This document shows positions 11,851-25,000 of a stretch of DNA of 64,000 bases, piece by piece (within the stretch, counting starts at the first letter, position 1; the number at the start of each line of letters is the position of its first letter). The DNA comes from Octopus sinensis (Eukaryota), in the NCBI RefSeq assembly GCF_006345805.1, contig NC_043000.1, positions 83,452,001-83,516,000 on the forward strand. Direction: 5' to 3'. The position numbers and the translations under genes were made by a program. The notes below the pieces were generated by a model that ran no database searches, was not told the DNA's origin, and saw only the letters and a program-made list of their open reading frames with translations.

Positions 11851-13453
11851 ACATTTATATACATATACACACACACACATAAATACATACACACGTCGTT
11901 CGACGGTGCGAATTCTATCGTTCAATCACTTGAAGCATTATCTGCTCCTGAATTAACATATAACTGGCTGAGTATTCCACAGACACATTTACTTTTAACT
12001 TCTTAGATAGAATCAGTGTGACTAGGCTGTACCTTTGCGAATTACAGGTACAATAGACCTGGCGACCTTCTTCAACTAAATTTTACTCACAAGGTAAAAT
12101 TGGGCTATAGAAAATGACATTTGTACAAAATGTCACGAACTATGATCGAACCCGGAGTACGGTGTCGCAAAGCGAACTTCTTGACCATTCAGCCATATTG
12201 CCTCTATCCTTAGATGTAGTGTATCCTAGACAATAATGTAAAGTCTGTGCTCTTAGAGCAAAGGACTAAGTTCAAGACTTATATGTCTTGTCATCAGCAA
12301 TACGTGGAAGCAGTGATCGATTCGCTGAAAAATAGTGAATAATAACTGCAATATATCGTATTTACTCATGTGAAAGTCACACTCCTATTTTAGTGTTAAA
12401 TTTTTTATTGTCCTGTGTATGTAACACGAGTTTTCTCCGTTAAAATGAAATATAAAAGAGTGAGACATATACACAAGTAAATACGGTATATATAATAATA
12501 ATATCGTCAATCCTTTGTTTAAAGTATCTATTAAATTTATATATTTCTTACTATTTCCATTTTCCGACTATATTCTTTTTCATTTTTATTTTTGTTTTTT
12601 GTTTTTTTTTAGCTTTGTGACATCAAAAAAAGAAGTTTTTATTTTGACATTGTCAGTTATCAGAATAAGTTTGTCAAAACTGGAAATTTGCTTGCCCAGA
12701 GTAGAATCGCTTTGAAGTCATTCAAACAATGAAAAGAATACATTGCAAGGTGCCAAATATCCTCTTTGTAAGTTATTTGAATGGGTTTCAGTCGAGATAG
12801 CGGACACCTTTATTTACGTCTGCAGATGGAAAAAATTACTTCGAGAAATTTTTTATTTACAATTTATAACGAAGGAATGCCAGTATCCCATGACACGATC
12901 TATATAATTTAAGGAGGGTGCGCATACCCTGTTTTGATTGTTTATTTACTGTTTTATCCGTCTTTCCCCTCATTTTCTTTCTAATTAATTTGTATAATAT
13001 ATTCCTTTTCCCAATAAACTAATTTCAGAAATATACTAAATTAACAATTGGACGACTATATGTACTTTCCCTCTTTAGTCATATTTTACAGCATAAAATG
13101 ACGCGCAATAATTCAATTGAAACACAAGAAAAGAAAAAAACTGGAAGAAAGTATAAATGAAAAGATATTTATGATATAATACTTTATATTTATATAGGAC
13201 ACATAACAATAGGATCGCCATTGTAGCGTCTGACATTAAAGTAGTAAACAGTGACACAGAAGCGCATAAAGAAGAGAGAAAGATATCAGTAGAATATGCT
13301 CTTTTTTACTATTTTTATCTTCTCTGGTTTCTGTGTAATTCAAAAGAATTTTTCATTACAATTTCCTCTATAGCAACTACCCAATAATTATCTACTTAAG
13401 AGTTAGACATTAAAAATTATTTATATTATAAATTCTCGCTATTTTCTGTGGAA

Positions 13454-13526
13454 GGGGAATTAGCTCAGATGGTAGAGCGCTCGCTTAGCATGCGAGAGGT
13501 ACCGGGATCGATGCCCGGATTCTCCA
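13454..13526 (+). tRNA. tRNA-Ala, anticodon AGC
   Basis: 73-nt cloverleaf: acceptor GGGGAAT/ATTCTCC with the G3:U70 alanine determinant, D arm GCTC/GAGC, anticodon arm CTCGC-TTAGCAT-GCGAG, T arm CCGGG-ATCGATG-CCCGG, discriminator A. Confidence 0.98.
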
Positions 13527-13535
13527 GGCACATTA

Positions 13536-13541
13536 TTTTTT
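13536..13541 (+). terminator. Pol III oligo-T terminator of tRNA-Ala
   Basis: T6 run 9 nt after the discriminator base. Confidence 0.85.
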
Positions 13542-14419
13542 GGAGGGAGGAGACTTTTTTGTATTTTTTTAAAATTCAGTTTCATTTTTCCTTTATTTTT
13601 AGATGATTCATGTCACCAACATTAAATGTTATTATTAATCGGTGATGTTTTTATACCAATTACAGCTATTATCATAACTGATTTCTATCGCCTAATCCTA
13701 CATCAACCCCGATCGAGTAGGTTAATCAATACCGTTGAAGCTGTGAATATCCTATCTTTTTCAGACACAGATGAATTACATTATCCAATATCATTAATTA
13801 AGGAAATTTCTCCAAATTGTATTAAAGAACGAGAAATCTTCATGCTTCTGGCCATCGTTAAGTAGTAGAATAGTAGAGAGGGAGCGCAATGGGGAGTTTT
13901 TACTGCATTCTTGACTTCGAGAAAAAAAATCTTTTACAAACGTTCACAACATTACAAAAACTATATCAGCTAAGCAAATGACCTTCTCTAAATGCTTTAA
14001 AAGCATAACATAAGCTGAACACTATATTTAAGAAAATTATCAACGTTCTGTTTGAACATAAAAAAGATAACTTTAGCCGGGACAAAATGAGTAAGCTAAG
14101 ATAAGGTAAATTTGCCTCTCCAATTCTCCAGAATTATATTTGAAAATAGATTCATACGCATCAATAACCATCCTTCGACATCAGAAAGATCAGAAAGGCG
14201 ACAAAAATTTTAGATATCTAGCTCAAATAAAAGAGGATCATGGAAAATGGTACATGATATGAAATTCGACTAAATCAAAAACTCAACATAAAGTATTCTG
14301 TATAGCTTCTTCACGATCTCCTGGGGTGGCTCTCTTCTCGGTATATTTACGATTCATGCAGTTAGAGAAGAAATTAGTGAAATTCGTTATTACTCATTTT
14401 ACTCCCTTTTAGAATTTTT

Positions 14420-14452
<33 letters not shown>

Positions 14453-14528
14453 AAAATTGAAAATTATCAACGGAGAAAAGAATGTTGATTGTTAAACACT
14501 GAAACTTATCCAGATATTTTATTAGTAA

Positions 14529-14899
14529 CTAGCACTATGACTCGGCAACGCCGGGTCATAGTGCTAGTGCATGCATATACAGCTGCGTGCGTGCGCACAT
14601 ACACGCGCGTACTGTCCAAATCTCCGACCAATCACATACAGCTAGCTGGCATTCAATTGGCGTATCAAGTTTCGGGCATTTTGATTGGGTTTTGGATAGA
14701 AAATTCACAAAAAAAAAGTCACTTCTATTGATTTTTTAATGGCTTTGCGGTGTGACTGGGGAAATGTAAAGATGTGCGCGACCACCCTTGGACGGTTTTG
14801 AATGACCATAGAAAGTGCGAGCCCTCTAACTGAAAAATTGTGGATTTGTATAAAGGACACGCACACACACACAGACATTTTGCCATTTATATATAGAGA
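14529..14899 (-). mobile_element. Non-autonomous Helitron
   Basis: Minus strand starts A|TCTCTATATATAAA (14899) and ends in hairpin-CTAG|T (14529). Confidence 0.7.
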
Positions 14900-15159
14900 T
14901 CTCAGTTACAATCGAGACAAAGTTGTGGAAAACTTGCTTGAAAAAAAAAATACCTGTCACCTATGTTCCAAACTCTTTCAACTTCAACAACAACAATGCC
15001 GACCAATTTTTAGTTATAAAAATGATGCAAGAGTAAAAAATGATGATGCAATACTTTCAATATAATGTTTTCAAACAGATAGGGAAAAAGTAACGAGAAA
15101 TCAGAAGCTATTCATTTTACCCCGGTTATAATTTTACCATTCACATCCCTCTACTGCAA

Positions 15160-15520
15160 AAAAAAAAAAAAAGGAAAAAGAAAAAAGGAAAAATTCATCG
15201 CTTCAACATTAAGTGCCTCAATTGGTCGCTCACCACATGATTTAACAGAGCCTACTGAAGCAAGCCAACACACTCGCAACATTACCACGGACGATGGCGA
15301 GGCTGAGGCGTTGGAACTGCTAAGCACCCTAATAGGCATCGACTGACACTTCGGTAAGGCGAGCCGCCAACGATGAGAAAACCTTCGCCGTTAGTGGCCC
15401 AGCCTCTCTGAATGTCTCAATTTGTTCTGTTCGGCTACGGAAGCTGTGACACTCTTATTTACCTCAGCATCCAGGATGTGGGAGGGTTTCGACTGAACCT
15501 GCTGTGAGGGTTTTATTTAT
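15160..15520 (-). mobile_element. 3' end of CRE-like (RLE-endonuclease) non-LTR retrotransposon
   Basis: Minus frame IETFREAGPLTAKVFSSLAARLTEVSVD...FQRLSLAIVRGNVASVL matches the CRE-clade C-terminal QRLSxAIxRGNA signature. A T-rich run follows. Confidence 0.7.
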
Positions 15521-15714
15521 CGCTATTTCCTGATAAGATTTCAATATTTAACGAAGTCAAAAGAGGTGACAGGACCTAAAACTTTTTTTTGTTTTACAAT
15601 GCATATTTAGAGTCTTTAAGAAGAAAAGCATGGAAATGATTATGAAGTGGACAGCTGTGCTCTCAAATGGATAATTAAAAATGGGTAAATGAAGAAAAAA
15701 AAAGTGATGCAAAT

Positions 15715-16930
15715 GATGTGCTCATATATATCTAAATGATAAACTTCTGGAAAGTTTCACAGACTTTTACAGTCCCAGTGATGGATCGGATCTGTAGTCT
15801 TCGAATTAGCTTTCTCTTTTCTGGTTTTGAGAAGCCTAATTTCTCAATATTGGTATTTAGGCAGTGTTATATATCCTAGGACTCCAATAATTAAAGGTAT
15901 AAAACGAACTTGTAATCTGGTTAGAGTAACTGCAGATTTCTCAATAGTTCTCTTTTTCACTGATCTTCATCTTTATGTTAAAATCCGCTGGGCAGCTAAT
16001 TCCCACAACTGTGCACAGTTTCTCTTCTCTATCCTAAATCATAATATCAGGTCTGTTGTGATGACATTTTATTGAGGTCTTGGTCTTCACTGGTACATTC
16101 CACCAGTATTTCTTCTTATTATGAGTGGCTATGGCTTCTACCATACTGTGGGTTCTTATTTCTTTGTCCTCGGGATTATCCTTCCGACTGATTTCATTAT
16201 AGAGTGTCCTAGCTACAACGCCATGTCTCATCGGTAGATAATACCGCGATGACATTTTCGGATAACTGCTTATGATGTGGGTGATATCTTCAGTGTGAAT
16301 TCCACTAAGTCTGCATCGGTTGTTACACTTTACGGTTTTACCTGCATCTCTATCCCTTTTGTGCATCAAGTACTTGGTTGATATTTTCTGTTCCTGGATT
16401 GCAAACGCATAGCCTTCAAAGTGGGAGGTAGTAATCCGGCTATTGGTCCATGATAAACTGCTTTGATGGTCGATGTTACTATCATCACGGAGCTTTCTAC
16501 TAACATATCCATGCATAGACTTCTGCTCATATAGGCTCGTCCTTTCATCTGATGATACGTTGCGGTAGAGTCGTGCGACTTCTTTGGGCATGTATTCTAG
16601 GTTATCAGACAAAGAGTGTTGCTCAAGGAGCTGCCTTCCAAGTCTTGTGATGTTATCAGCTTCATGTATGCAAACTTGGCCAAGGGATGCAATTCGACAC
16701 TTGGTGGTTAAAAGGTGTTGCCGAAGGGATATGATGCGACATTCAAAGGCATTTTGGATCGATGTTAAGCCTCTTCTGCCTTATTTTCGTTTTAGGTAGG
16801 GGCGGGCTATGTCACCGTTTATGTGGAAATTATGTATGCTTGTTAGTATTTTTCAGGTTTTCCCATCAATGACTCGGATTTTACCAAACGTCCAATCAAG
16901 CAGTCCAAATGTTGGTATAAGAACCGGTTT
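15715..16930 (-). mobile_element. 5'-truncated R4/Dong-like non-LTR retrotransposon
   Basis: PVLIPTFGLLDWT...GRRGL (RT C-terminus), CRL..HTEDITHIISS knuckle, RH..VA, HNRPDIMI (RLE nuclease), terminal LQIRSITGTVKVCETFQKF. Confidence 0.88.
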
Positions 16931-17221
16931 CTAACCTAGATCCAAGGCTACTTTATTGGAATTTCAACATCAACAACATTGATTGGTTAAAATTGCCGAA
17001 ATGCAAGAGATTAAAGACGAAATATGTTACAAACTACAGAATTTTCTCAAGAAAGCCAAGAGTAAATGATGTTTTATAAACACATTCTACCAGTATACGA
17101 AGTTTAAAATTTTTTAGTTACCAAGAAATTATGTTAAAAACTGCCGTTCAAACCGAAAAGATCCTTGTATGTATGTATGTATGTATGTATGTATGTATGT
17201 ATGTATGTATGTGTGTGTGTG

Positions 17222-17254
<33 letters not shown>

Positions 17255-17700
17255 ATGTATGTGTGTATGTGTCTATGCATGTATGTATGTATGTATGTAT
17301 GTATGTATGTATGTATGTATGTATGCATGCATGCATGTATGTAACTGTTGAAATGTCAGAGTCAATTAATAAAGGAGTTTTTAAATATTTAGGGATGGCA
17401 GTTTAGAGTCAAAACTATTGAAAAGGTTGCAAGACGCAAATAAAATTTTAGAAAAATAAGAAGGAAAAGAGTGAAAATTTTACCGGTGTGTGTGTTAAAT
17501 TATAAGGCACTAAAAGAGAATGACTCTCCCCCGACACAACAGTATATGCTTCAATACGCGAACTCACATAAAGAATCTTGCAAACCAAATCCAAAAACGA
17601 AATTTATTAACTATTTTTTTCAATTATGTCGGTGAAAATTAAAGGGAACACTTTGTTCCATAACACCGCTTCCTGCAACACCGATTTTGTAGTTAAGAAA

Positions 17701-17755
17701 ATGACGCTGGTCTCAAAATGTATAATTTCTGTTTTACAACGTCCTAAAATAAGCG
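17701..17755 (+). CDS. MRPL42: MRPL42 coding exon 1 (predicted, targeting peptide)
   Basis: AAA-ATG, 18 codons with no acidic residue, phase-1 donor G|GTTTGT compatible with exon 2. Not supported by homology. Confidence 0.65.
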
Positions 17756-20700
17756 GTTTGTATTTACTTTACATTATTTAACTAATTCATTTCATTCGCT
17801 ATAGAACTATTTTCGTAATTTTTATCGGAAGTTATTTTTCTTGAGAAATGTCAATTATTATTGTTCTGTAGATGTGACCTTCAGCATGTTATTTCTTCGA
17901 TCCTCCATAACAAAAAACGTGGGATTCCTTAAAAAAGAAAAATCAATATATATCCATTTTACCCGAATTTATGACCTAAAAATCGGATCTTGTGAATTTT
18001 CCGAAAGTCCCATCCAGCCACCAGGGTAGTCAGCACGCATTTTTTTTTTATATTCGTTTTCCACACACTTGTTAACATCACCCTGGCTGGGTTTTTTTGT
18101 TCCCGGGTGAGGATCTTTATATTGCCCACAAAGTCAACTTATCCATGTAAACAACAATCTCCCCTCCTAAACAATTTCCTTCATCTACATCCCGTGAATA
18201 AGATAGTAAAAGTGTTATCGTGAAGAACTGTCAGCCGATGCCCATTGTATTGTTTTACTCCACTTCACTGGTTTCTTCTGTAAGACGTCACACCTCCATC
18301 CTATTTTGGAGGAGGAGAGATACTGTTCAAAGACTGACTGTATATGTGCTCTTAAGAGCTTAAAAAGAATCTTCTCATTAATGAGTAGCTCCCGAGATGA
18401 TGTCCAAAGCCACCAGGTGGGCATTGTAGAATATGTCACATGTGACGTCCCAAGTGAGCGACTTGTACTCTGGCACGGGTAAAAAGCTTTATCCCATTTG
18501 GGCGCCTGTCGTCGTTGCGTTCGAGGCCAACAGTCTCCAGTTGTGATGGGAACCGGCAACATCGAAGCTCCTTTTAAAACTCACCGTCGGTAACTCTAGA
18601 GTGGTATTTGTGGTTCACACAAGTAGAGATCGTAGCTTAGGGCAACTTGATGAGCGTACACTCATCGCTGAAAAGTATACCGGTCGACAAAGAAGGAACC
18701 GTGATGAGCTAGGCGCTGTTTTAGCTACGATATAATCCAGAGCATGTGAGACAGTATTAGCCGCGAACCTCGTAATAATGGAACTAGTTATTACTTCGAT
18801 AAAGTAACAGATTGTTTAACAAGGGAAAACGTGGGAAAATGAATTCGAATTTTGCAATATTTTTAGATTTATTTTTTAGATTTAAACTTGTGTTTCAAGG
18901 ATCGACGTTTTATGTAATTTCTTGTTTCTCTGTTTTATAGCCACATCGTTGTATTTATACTTCGATAGACTGACCTTTTGATATGTTTTTAGGCAGATTC
19001 AGTCCCATTGCAGGGCATCTTGGGCAAGTGTCTTCTTCTATAGCCTCAGGCTGACCAAAGCACTGTGAATGGAATTAGTAGACGGAAACTGTGTGTGTAT
19101 ATATACACACACATATATACATACTAGCAGAGATACCTGGTGTTGCTCAAAATTAAAATGGTATAGTTTGTATATATATATATTACAGATATGTTGAAAC
19201 AGGTGATATGGGAAAGTGCGGCATTGGCAACAAAACATTTGTGGAGTAAATGATGGGCTAATTCGACTAAGCAATATGCTATACATCCATTTGGAGTATT
19301 CCAAGCCCTAACCTGTCATGGAAAATTGGGGATGAGGGGTGTGTGATTTTTGAACACAATGAAAAGCTGTCAGTGGATATACTCTCCTTTGTGGCAGTCA
19401 GCACTGCATCTAACACAAGCCATTGTTCGAAGTTTTGACAACTCCTTCAGGTTTGTTGTTGTACATCACTCAAAGTAAATTTAGAGGAACTGGTTGTTCA
19501 TTTGTGAGGTGAGGTGATAGACTTGCCTTTGAACTTTAAATGTCGGTGTAAATCCATATTCAACTATCTTCTTAGATAAACCAAACAGTGTCATTTGAAA
19601 TGTAGAGTTGTATTGTCTGATATTGTTCAGAAAATTCTTTGAGTGAATGGAAGTGCCTTCCAGAAGATCCATAAGAGGTTACCTTACTGCCTGAGCAGCA
19701 CATGCCATTAATTTCATTTGGAAATTGTAAAGCTTTGCAGAAATGACAATTTGAGTTTAGCACACCAATTTGGACAAAATTATCATTTTTATAAGAATGG
19801 GATGGCTCATATCTGAAAGCAGTTTCAGGAGTTGTGAAGAAAGAATCTGATAAAAATAAGATGATCTTAATTAAAAGTGAAACTATTATATCATGTTACA
19901 ATATAAATGTTATTCTTTTGCTTTTGATACGTAATACCAAACCAGTGCCAATGTTATATTGTTTTAATCCAAATGAAAAAAAATGACATGTTACACTCAC
20001 AGAGTCTGATAATTTGAGTCTTGTAAAATTTGATTTGATTTGGTTGAGCCGTTTGAGAATGCATTGGAAACAGAGAGACAAAGAATTTTATACCTATAGA
20101 GATTATGCTATAGATGTTTTTCTTTCACTTTTGACATGTAATACCTAACCAATGCCAGTGTTATATTGTTTTAATCCAAATGAAAAAAATTACATGTCGA
20201 CACTCATGGGGTCTGATACTATTACCTTATAAAATTTGATTTGATTTAGCTGTTTGAGAATGCATAGGGAACAGACAGACAAAGAATTTTATATAGAGAG
20301 AGATAACTGTGTGTGTGTCTATATTTGTCCCCACCACTGCTCTACAATTGGTGTTAGTGTGTTTACATTTGTGTTAGTGACACATTCAATTAATCTTCAA
20401 ACACTCATCAAAATAACAAACTAAAAAACACTTTACTTCATAGGTTTACTTTTTGACAAAGTAAATTGTATTTTATTTTCTATTCAATGCTAAAAATTAA
20501 GGAAGTTAGCACTGGTCTCATGAATTTTAAAATTTGTTTTGATATGTCTGATGTCATACATTAATTTTTATCTATTGCAGGTATTCCAAGTTTAGTCTTA
20601 CCTACAAGACACAATTCATCAGGAAATGCACATTTTAAATCCAAGAAGTAAATTAATTTTTTTTACATTTGATATAAAAAGGGTTTACTGTATTTGCGAT

Positions 20701-21732
20701 AAAACATTTATCTTAGTTTCAACATTAAACTCTGACTCTGTAGTTCAGTTAGATTAAATATCTGTCTAATCCCTGACTTCACAATACAATAACCAAATAC
20801 CAGCTTTCTCATGACAAAGTTATTTTACTATATTCTTCACTATTCTTCAAACTTAATTGAAACAAAAGCAGTGTATGGCAGTAAAAATATGGTAACAAAA
20901 GCATTAACATTATAATTTGTTTTTGTAATATTGCTAAAATGTAAACTTCAAAGCCAAGTCTCTGGTCAAAATTAAGGAAAAAAAACCCATTAGTAAATAA
21001 AGTTGCTGTATTTTGTCTGATCCATGCAAGCATGATGAAGTGGATATTAAATGAGTGGCACTCACTGCCACCACTGCCTGGGTGATTGTGGTGGTGACTG
21101 ATAATCACCATTCTCTAAATCAGGATTGTATTTGTATCCCAGCCCTTTGGCATTCAGATTACTCTGTCAAAAGTAATATTATTTATTCACATTGTTTTCA
21201 TTTAATCATGCATTGTAATTGTAGCTTTGAGATCTCAATAATATGGTTGTTTGTTTTTAGAATGACATTGTAGGATAGGCGTGAGAGGCCAGATCTGGCT
21301 AGCATGAACATAATACAGGTTGAATATTTGGGCCAGATATAGCTAGTTTAAACACTAAAGGGTTAAATGTTGGTGGTCTTTAAGAAAGCACACAAATTAG
21401 TTTCATTGATAGCTTTTATCTTTGATACCTTTCTTTTAGAAGCTTATTTTAACTTCATCTTATTCTTTGTACTACACCATCTGCTCATTATTATATTTCT
21501 TCTCTTGGATAATTTATTTTTGATAGTTTCACTGTTATTTAAGGTTTATGAAGTAAATAGATTTATTAACTCTCAAGATAATTAATAACATAAAGGCACA
21601 GGCATGTCTGTGTGGTAAGAAGCTTGCTTCCCAACCACTTGATTTCAGGTTCAGTCTCACTGGGCGGGCCAACCAAAGCCTTGTGAGTGGATTTGGTAGA
21701 CAGAAGCTGAAAGAAGCCCATCATATATATAT

Positions 21733-21771
<39 letters not shown>

Positions 21772-21978
21772 CAAACTAAAGTTATTGAACAAACAAATGC
21801 AAGGTCATCCGCATAGCATTTCATAATTCGAACATTATTTTGCATTTGTTTGTTCAATAACTTTAGTTTGATATTTTTGTCTCTTTTAATAGAGCACTTC
21901 TATAGCAGTCCTATTAATCTTTTTGTTCCTGACAAGAAACAATCACTCTATTATTGATATTGATATATATATATATAT

Positions 21979-22026
<48 letters not shown>

Positions 22027-25000
22027 ATAGAGAGATAGATAGATAGACTTATTTGGAAATGGATGCGTGTGTGTCTGTGTTTGTCCCCCACCACCACTTG
22101 ACATCTGGTGCTAGTGTTTATGTCCCATAACTTTGCAGTTTGGCAAAAGAGACAATTAGAATAAGTACCACTGTTTTGTCTTATCAAAGTAGTATGCATC
22201 TCCTGACAATGCAGTTGTTTTTGGAATTTCATTTAAACCAATATCTTCAGTCTCAGTTAGGGATTCCTCAGCCCATCTAGTTAGTTTTCAGCTTCATAAA
22301 TTATCTACAGTTTAGACGTGACCTGTAAGTCCAAATTATGTTTCATTCATGTAAAATCTAATTTTTTCTAGTCATTCTAAGATTTTACAGTAAATGATTG
22401 GACTTTGTTTTACCAATGAAGTATAAAGATAGTGCACTATGTCCAGCTCACCATACTGTTCAAATCGATTCTTCACCACGTAAAGATTTCGGAGTGGTCT
22501 TCATTAACCTTGTTTTATTTGTGTGGATTAGTAATGGTTGTCCTCATCAGAGAGTGTAACTTTAATTAAAGATAATTTCTTGGCTTATTACATGAAGCAA
22601 GCTAACATCCACCATGCTTGTGTCATCACAGATGGAGATGTAGACATATTCAGACTCAGACACATGCACATATATTCTTACAGACTGACATACATTTGTG
22701 TGTGTGTGTGTTTGAAGTCTGCTTTACATTTGTGAAAGAGTGTGTGTCTAAGTTTAGGCGTTTCCTGTTGGTTGGCAACAACAGCTCAGATTTATATATA
22801 ATGAAGGATTCATTTCAAGACATTAACCTATACTCCAATAAAGGAAATTGTGTTAGTATCTGTTTATAGCACAATAAGTAAATTGAAAATCATTTTTATT
22901 TACATTACAGAAATGTTTTGGTTGGAACAACTGATGATAATATGACATTTGTCTGTTGGCATCCAGAAATACCTTTTCCATATGAATATAGTAAGGTGGG
23001 GTGATATTTTTACTTTCTTTGCTTTATATTCATTTTTAATTACTGTGTAATTAAATCATCATTGCAATTGGTTGAACAGGTTTCAGGGTTTCACTTGGTG
23101 CAATCCTTCCTCCTCTGGTACACATAGCAACAGAGGGAATTGGCCATCTGTGTAATGTATATCACGCTTTTAGCATGATTCTTATGGCTGTATACCCTTT
23201 TATATCACCAGCCACATTACAGTATGCACTAAGTGCATTTTGTCATACAACTAGCTCTAGAGAGGTTGTTACTGACAAATGAGACTCCTGCTACTCTACA
23301 TCACTTCTGTTCAGTCCTTCCTTTTCTACATTTATTAACTCCTAAAGTCCCATGCACCTAGAAACTGCAACTGTTGCAATGTACTGTAACCGCAGTTCAA
23401 GGAGTGTTCTTGTTTAGAATCAAAAAGCATGAAGTAAGCACTTTTCTGTGCAAGGAACAAAATTTGGCATCCTTCTAGAAAGAAATTCCTGTCAAAAGAC
23501 TTTTCATTTACACTATATACATTTGTTTTTTGTGGCTTATTAAGAGAATTTCATTGAATTCTTTTCTTCCTTTGGTTTTCACATATGGTAGGTAGCAGCT
23601 CAAACAGTGGGTTAGAATTTCATGGTATTATATATTAATGACATATTTATTATTATTTATCAATGATTTAATTAGAGAAAAAGAGCTTGTATTTAGAGAA
23701 AACAATCAGAGAAATATTTCAGTGTCATCTACACATGTTAGACATCTAAGTGATTGTGACTGCAATTTATATTGAGATTTATCCATTCTTAGAAGGGGTG
23801 GAATAATCATGTAGTTAAGCATTACATCAATGCTTTCATTAGTGATCTGGGACCTTTTCACTTAGAAAGCAAAGCTCATTGAATATTTTCTGCAACTTTT
23901 TTCCTGAAAGATGGACAGTGAGATCACAAAGTTTGTATGTCAACAGGGCAACACAACCTTTATTACATAACTGGAGGTTGTGGTATATCTCAGAATGGTT
24001 TTCAGATGATAGTTATGCAGCTTCCAAGTTACAGTGACCACTGGTATACAAATTGAGCTCTGACACAGGTAATCAATGCCCAGAAATTAATATCTCATAA
24101 ATATGTTGCAGCATCTATGTGTAATAACTTACTTGTATTCAACCTACCTGGGCAAGTGACAGTAACATGACAACAGGTAAAATCTCACCAAATTTCATAA
24201 AAATTCAGATAATAGTTATATTTTTATGATTTTTATCCTAGACCAACTACATTTTCTCAAACTTGCCAGTTTCTAACAGAATCAGGAGGTTTATTTAGAG
24301 GAAGCACTACAAGAATTTAAGTATTGATATAATTCATTTTTCAATTTCTGTTTTATTCTGTAATTTTGTAATTATTTTTACCATTCTTTCTTTATAGCCA
24401 CTCCCTCGGAAACTCCCAGAGATTCAAGAGGTTTGTAAAAATATTTACTTCAATTCTAATTTGCACACACAAAGTTCTGGCAACTCTTTGAATTTGTTCA
24501 GGAGAATTTAACCTTTCTGTTGAGAAAATGATTTTGTAAGAATTAAGTTGAAGGCTACTGAAATGTTAATCATTACATATATTATAAATGATCTTACTCT
24601 GAGAAAACATAAAATAATAATAAAGTGATTAATATGAGATATTTGAATATTTTAAAGACTAATTTGCATCTAAATTTAGGTAAGTCCTTAATTTGTTATA
24701 TGTTTGGTTAAATTTGTAATTCCTGTATTTCTATCACAAACTTTCATTTTCTGTAGAGAGGTTAAGATGTCAGACTATAATTTCAAAGAAGTGTTTGAGA
24801 AATTCAATTGCTGCAAGGAGGGAGGAATTTTATATTTCAGACTCTTGTCCTTCATTTGAGGAGAGAAAAGATAGTATGGTCATCACTTTGGTTGTAGAAA
24901 GATGAAATGAAGGGGTGAGGTGATGAAAGAGATGGTGTAAGAGGGGTAGCCTGGAGAAAGAAGGATGAAGAATCTAAAACTTGATTCTACAAGGAGACAA

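Noticed and set aside
13075-13380. Possible minus-strand first exon (ACAATGGCG) with X-box-like CTATAGCAAC upstream of the tRNA
   Set aside because: No convincing donor or downstream exons and no recognisable protein.
14088-14097. Alternative MRPL42 first exon ATGA|GTAAGC (phase 1)
   Set aside because: Frame-compatible but gives a much shorter presequence and lacks promoter context; 17701-17755 fits better.
15190-15530. GC-rich structured segment ending in oligo-T, considered as 7SK, telomerase RNA or RNase P/MRP
   Set aside because: No template or conserved boxes; a minus frame encodes the CRE C-terminal motif instead.
18629-18731. C/D snoRNA- or hammerhead-like pattern (ATCGTAGCT/AGCTACGAT stem, two TGATGA, CTGAAA)
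   Set aside because: No terminal D box and no stem III/UH. It overlaps the CRE-like remnant.
22180-22560. Possible Tc1/mariner transposase remnant on the minus strand
   Set aside because: Only faint motif resemblance with many stops; cannot be supported without a profile search.
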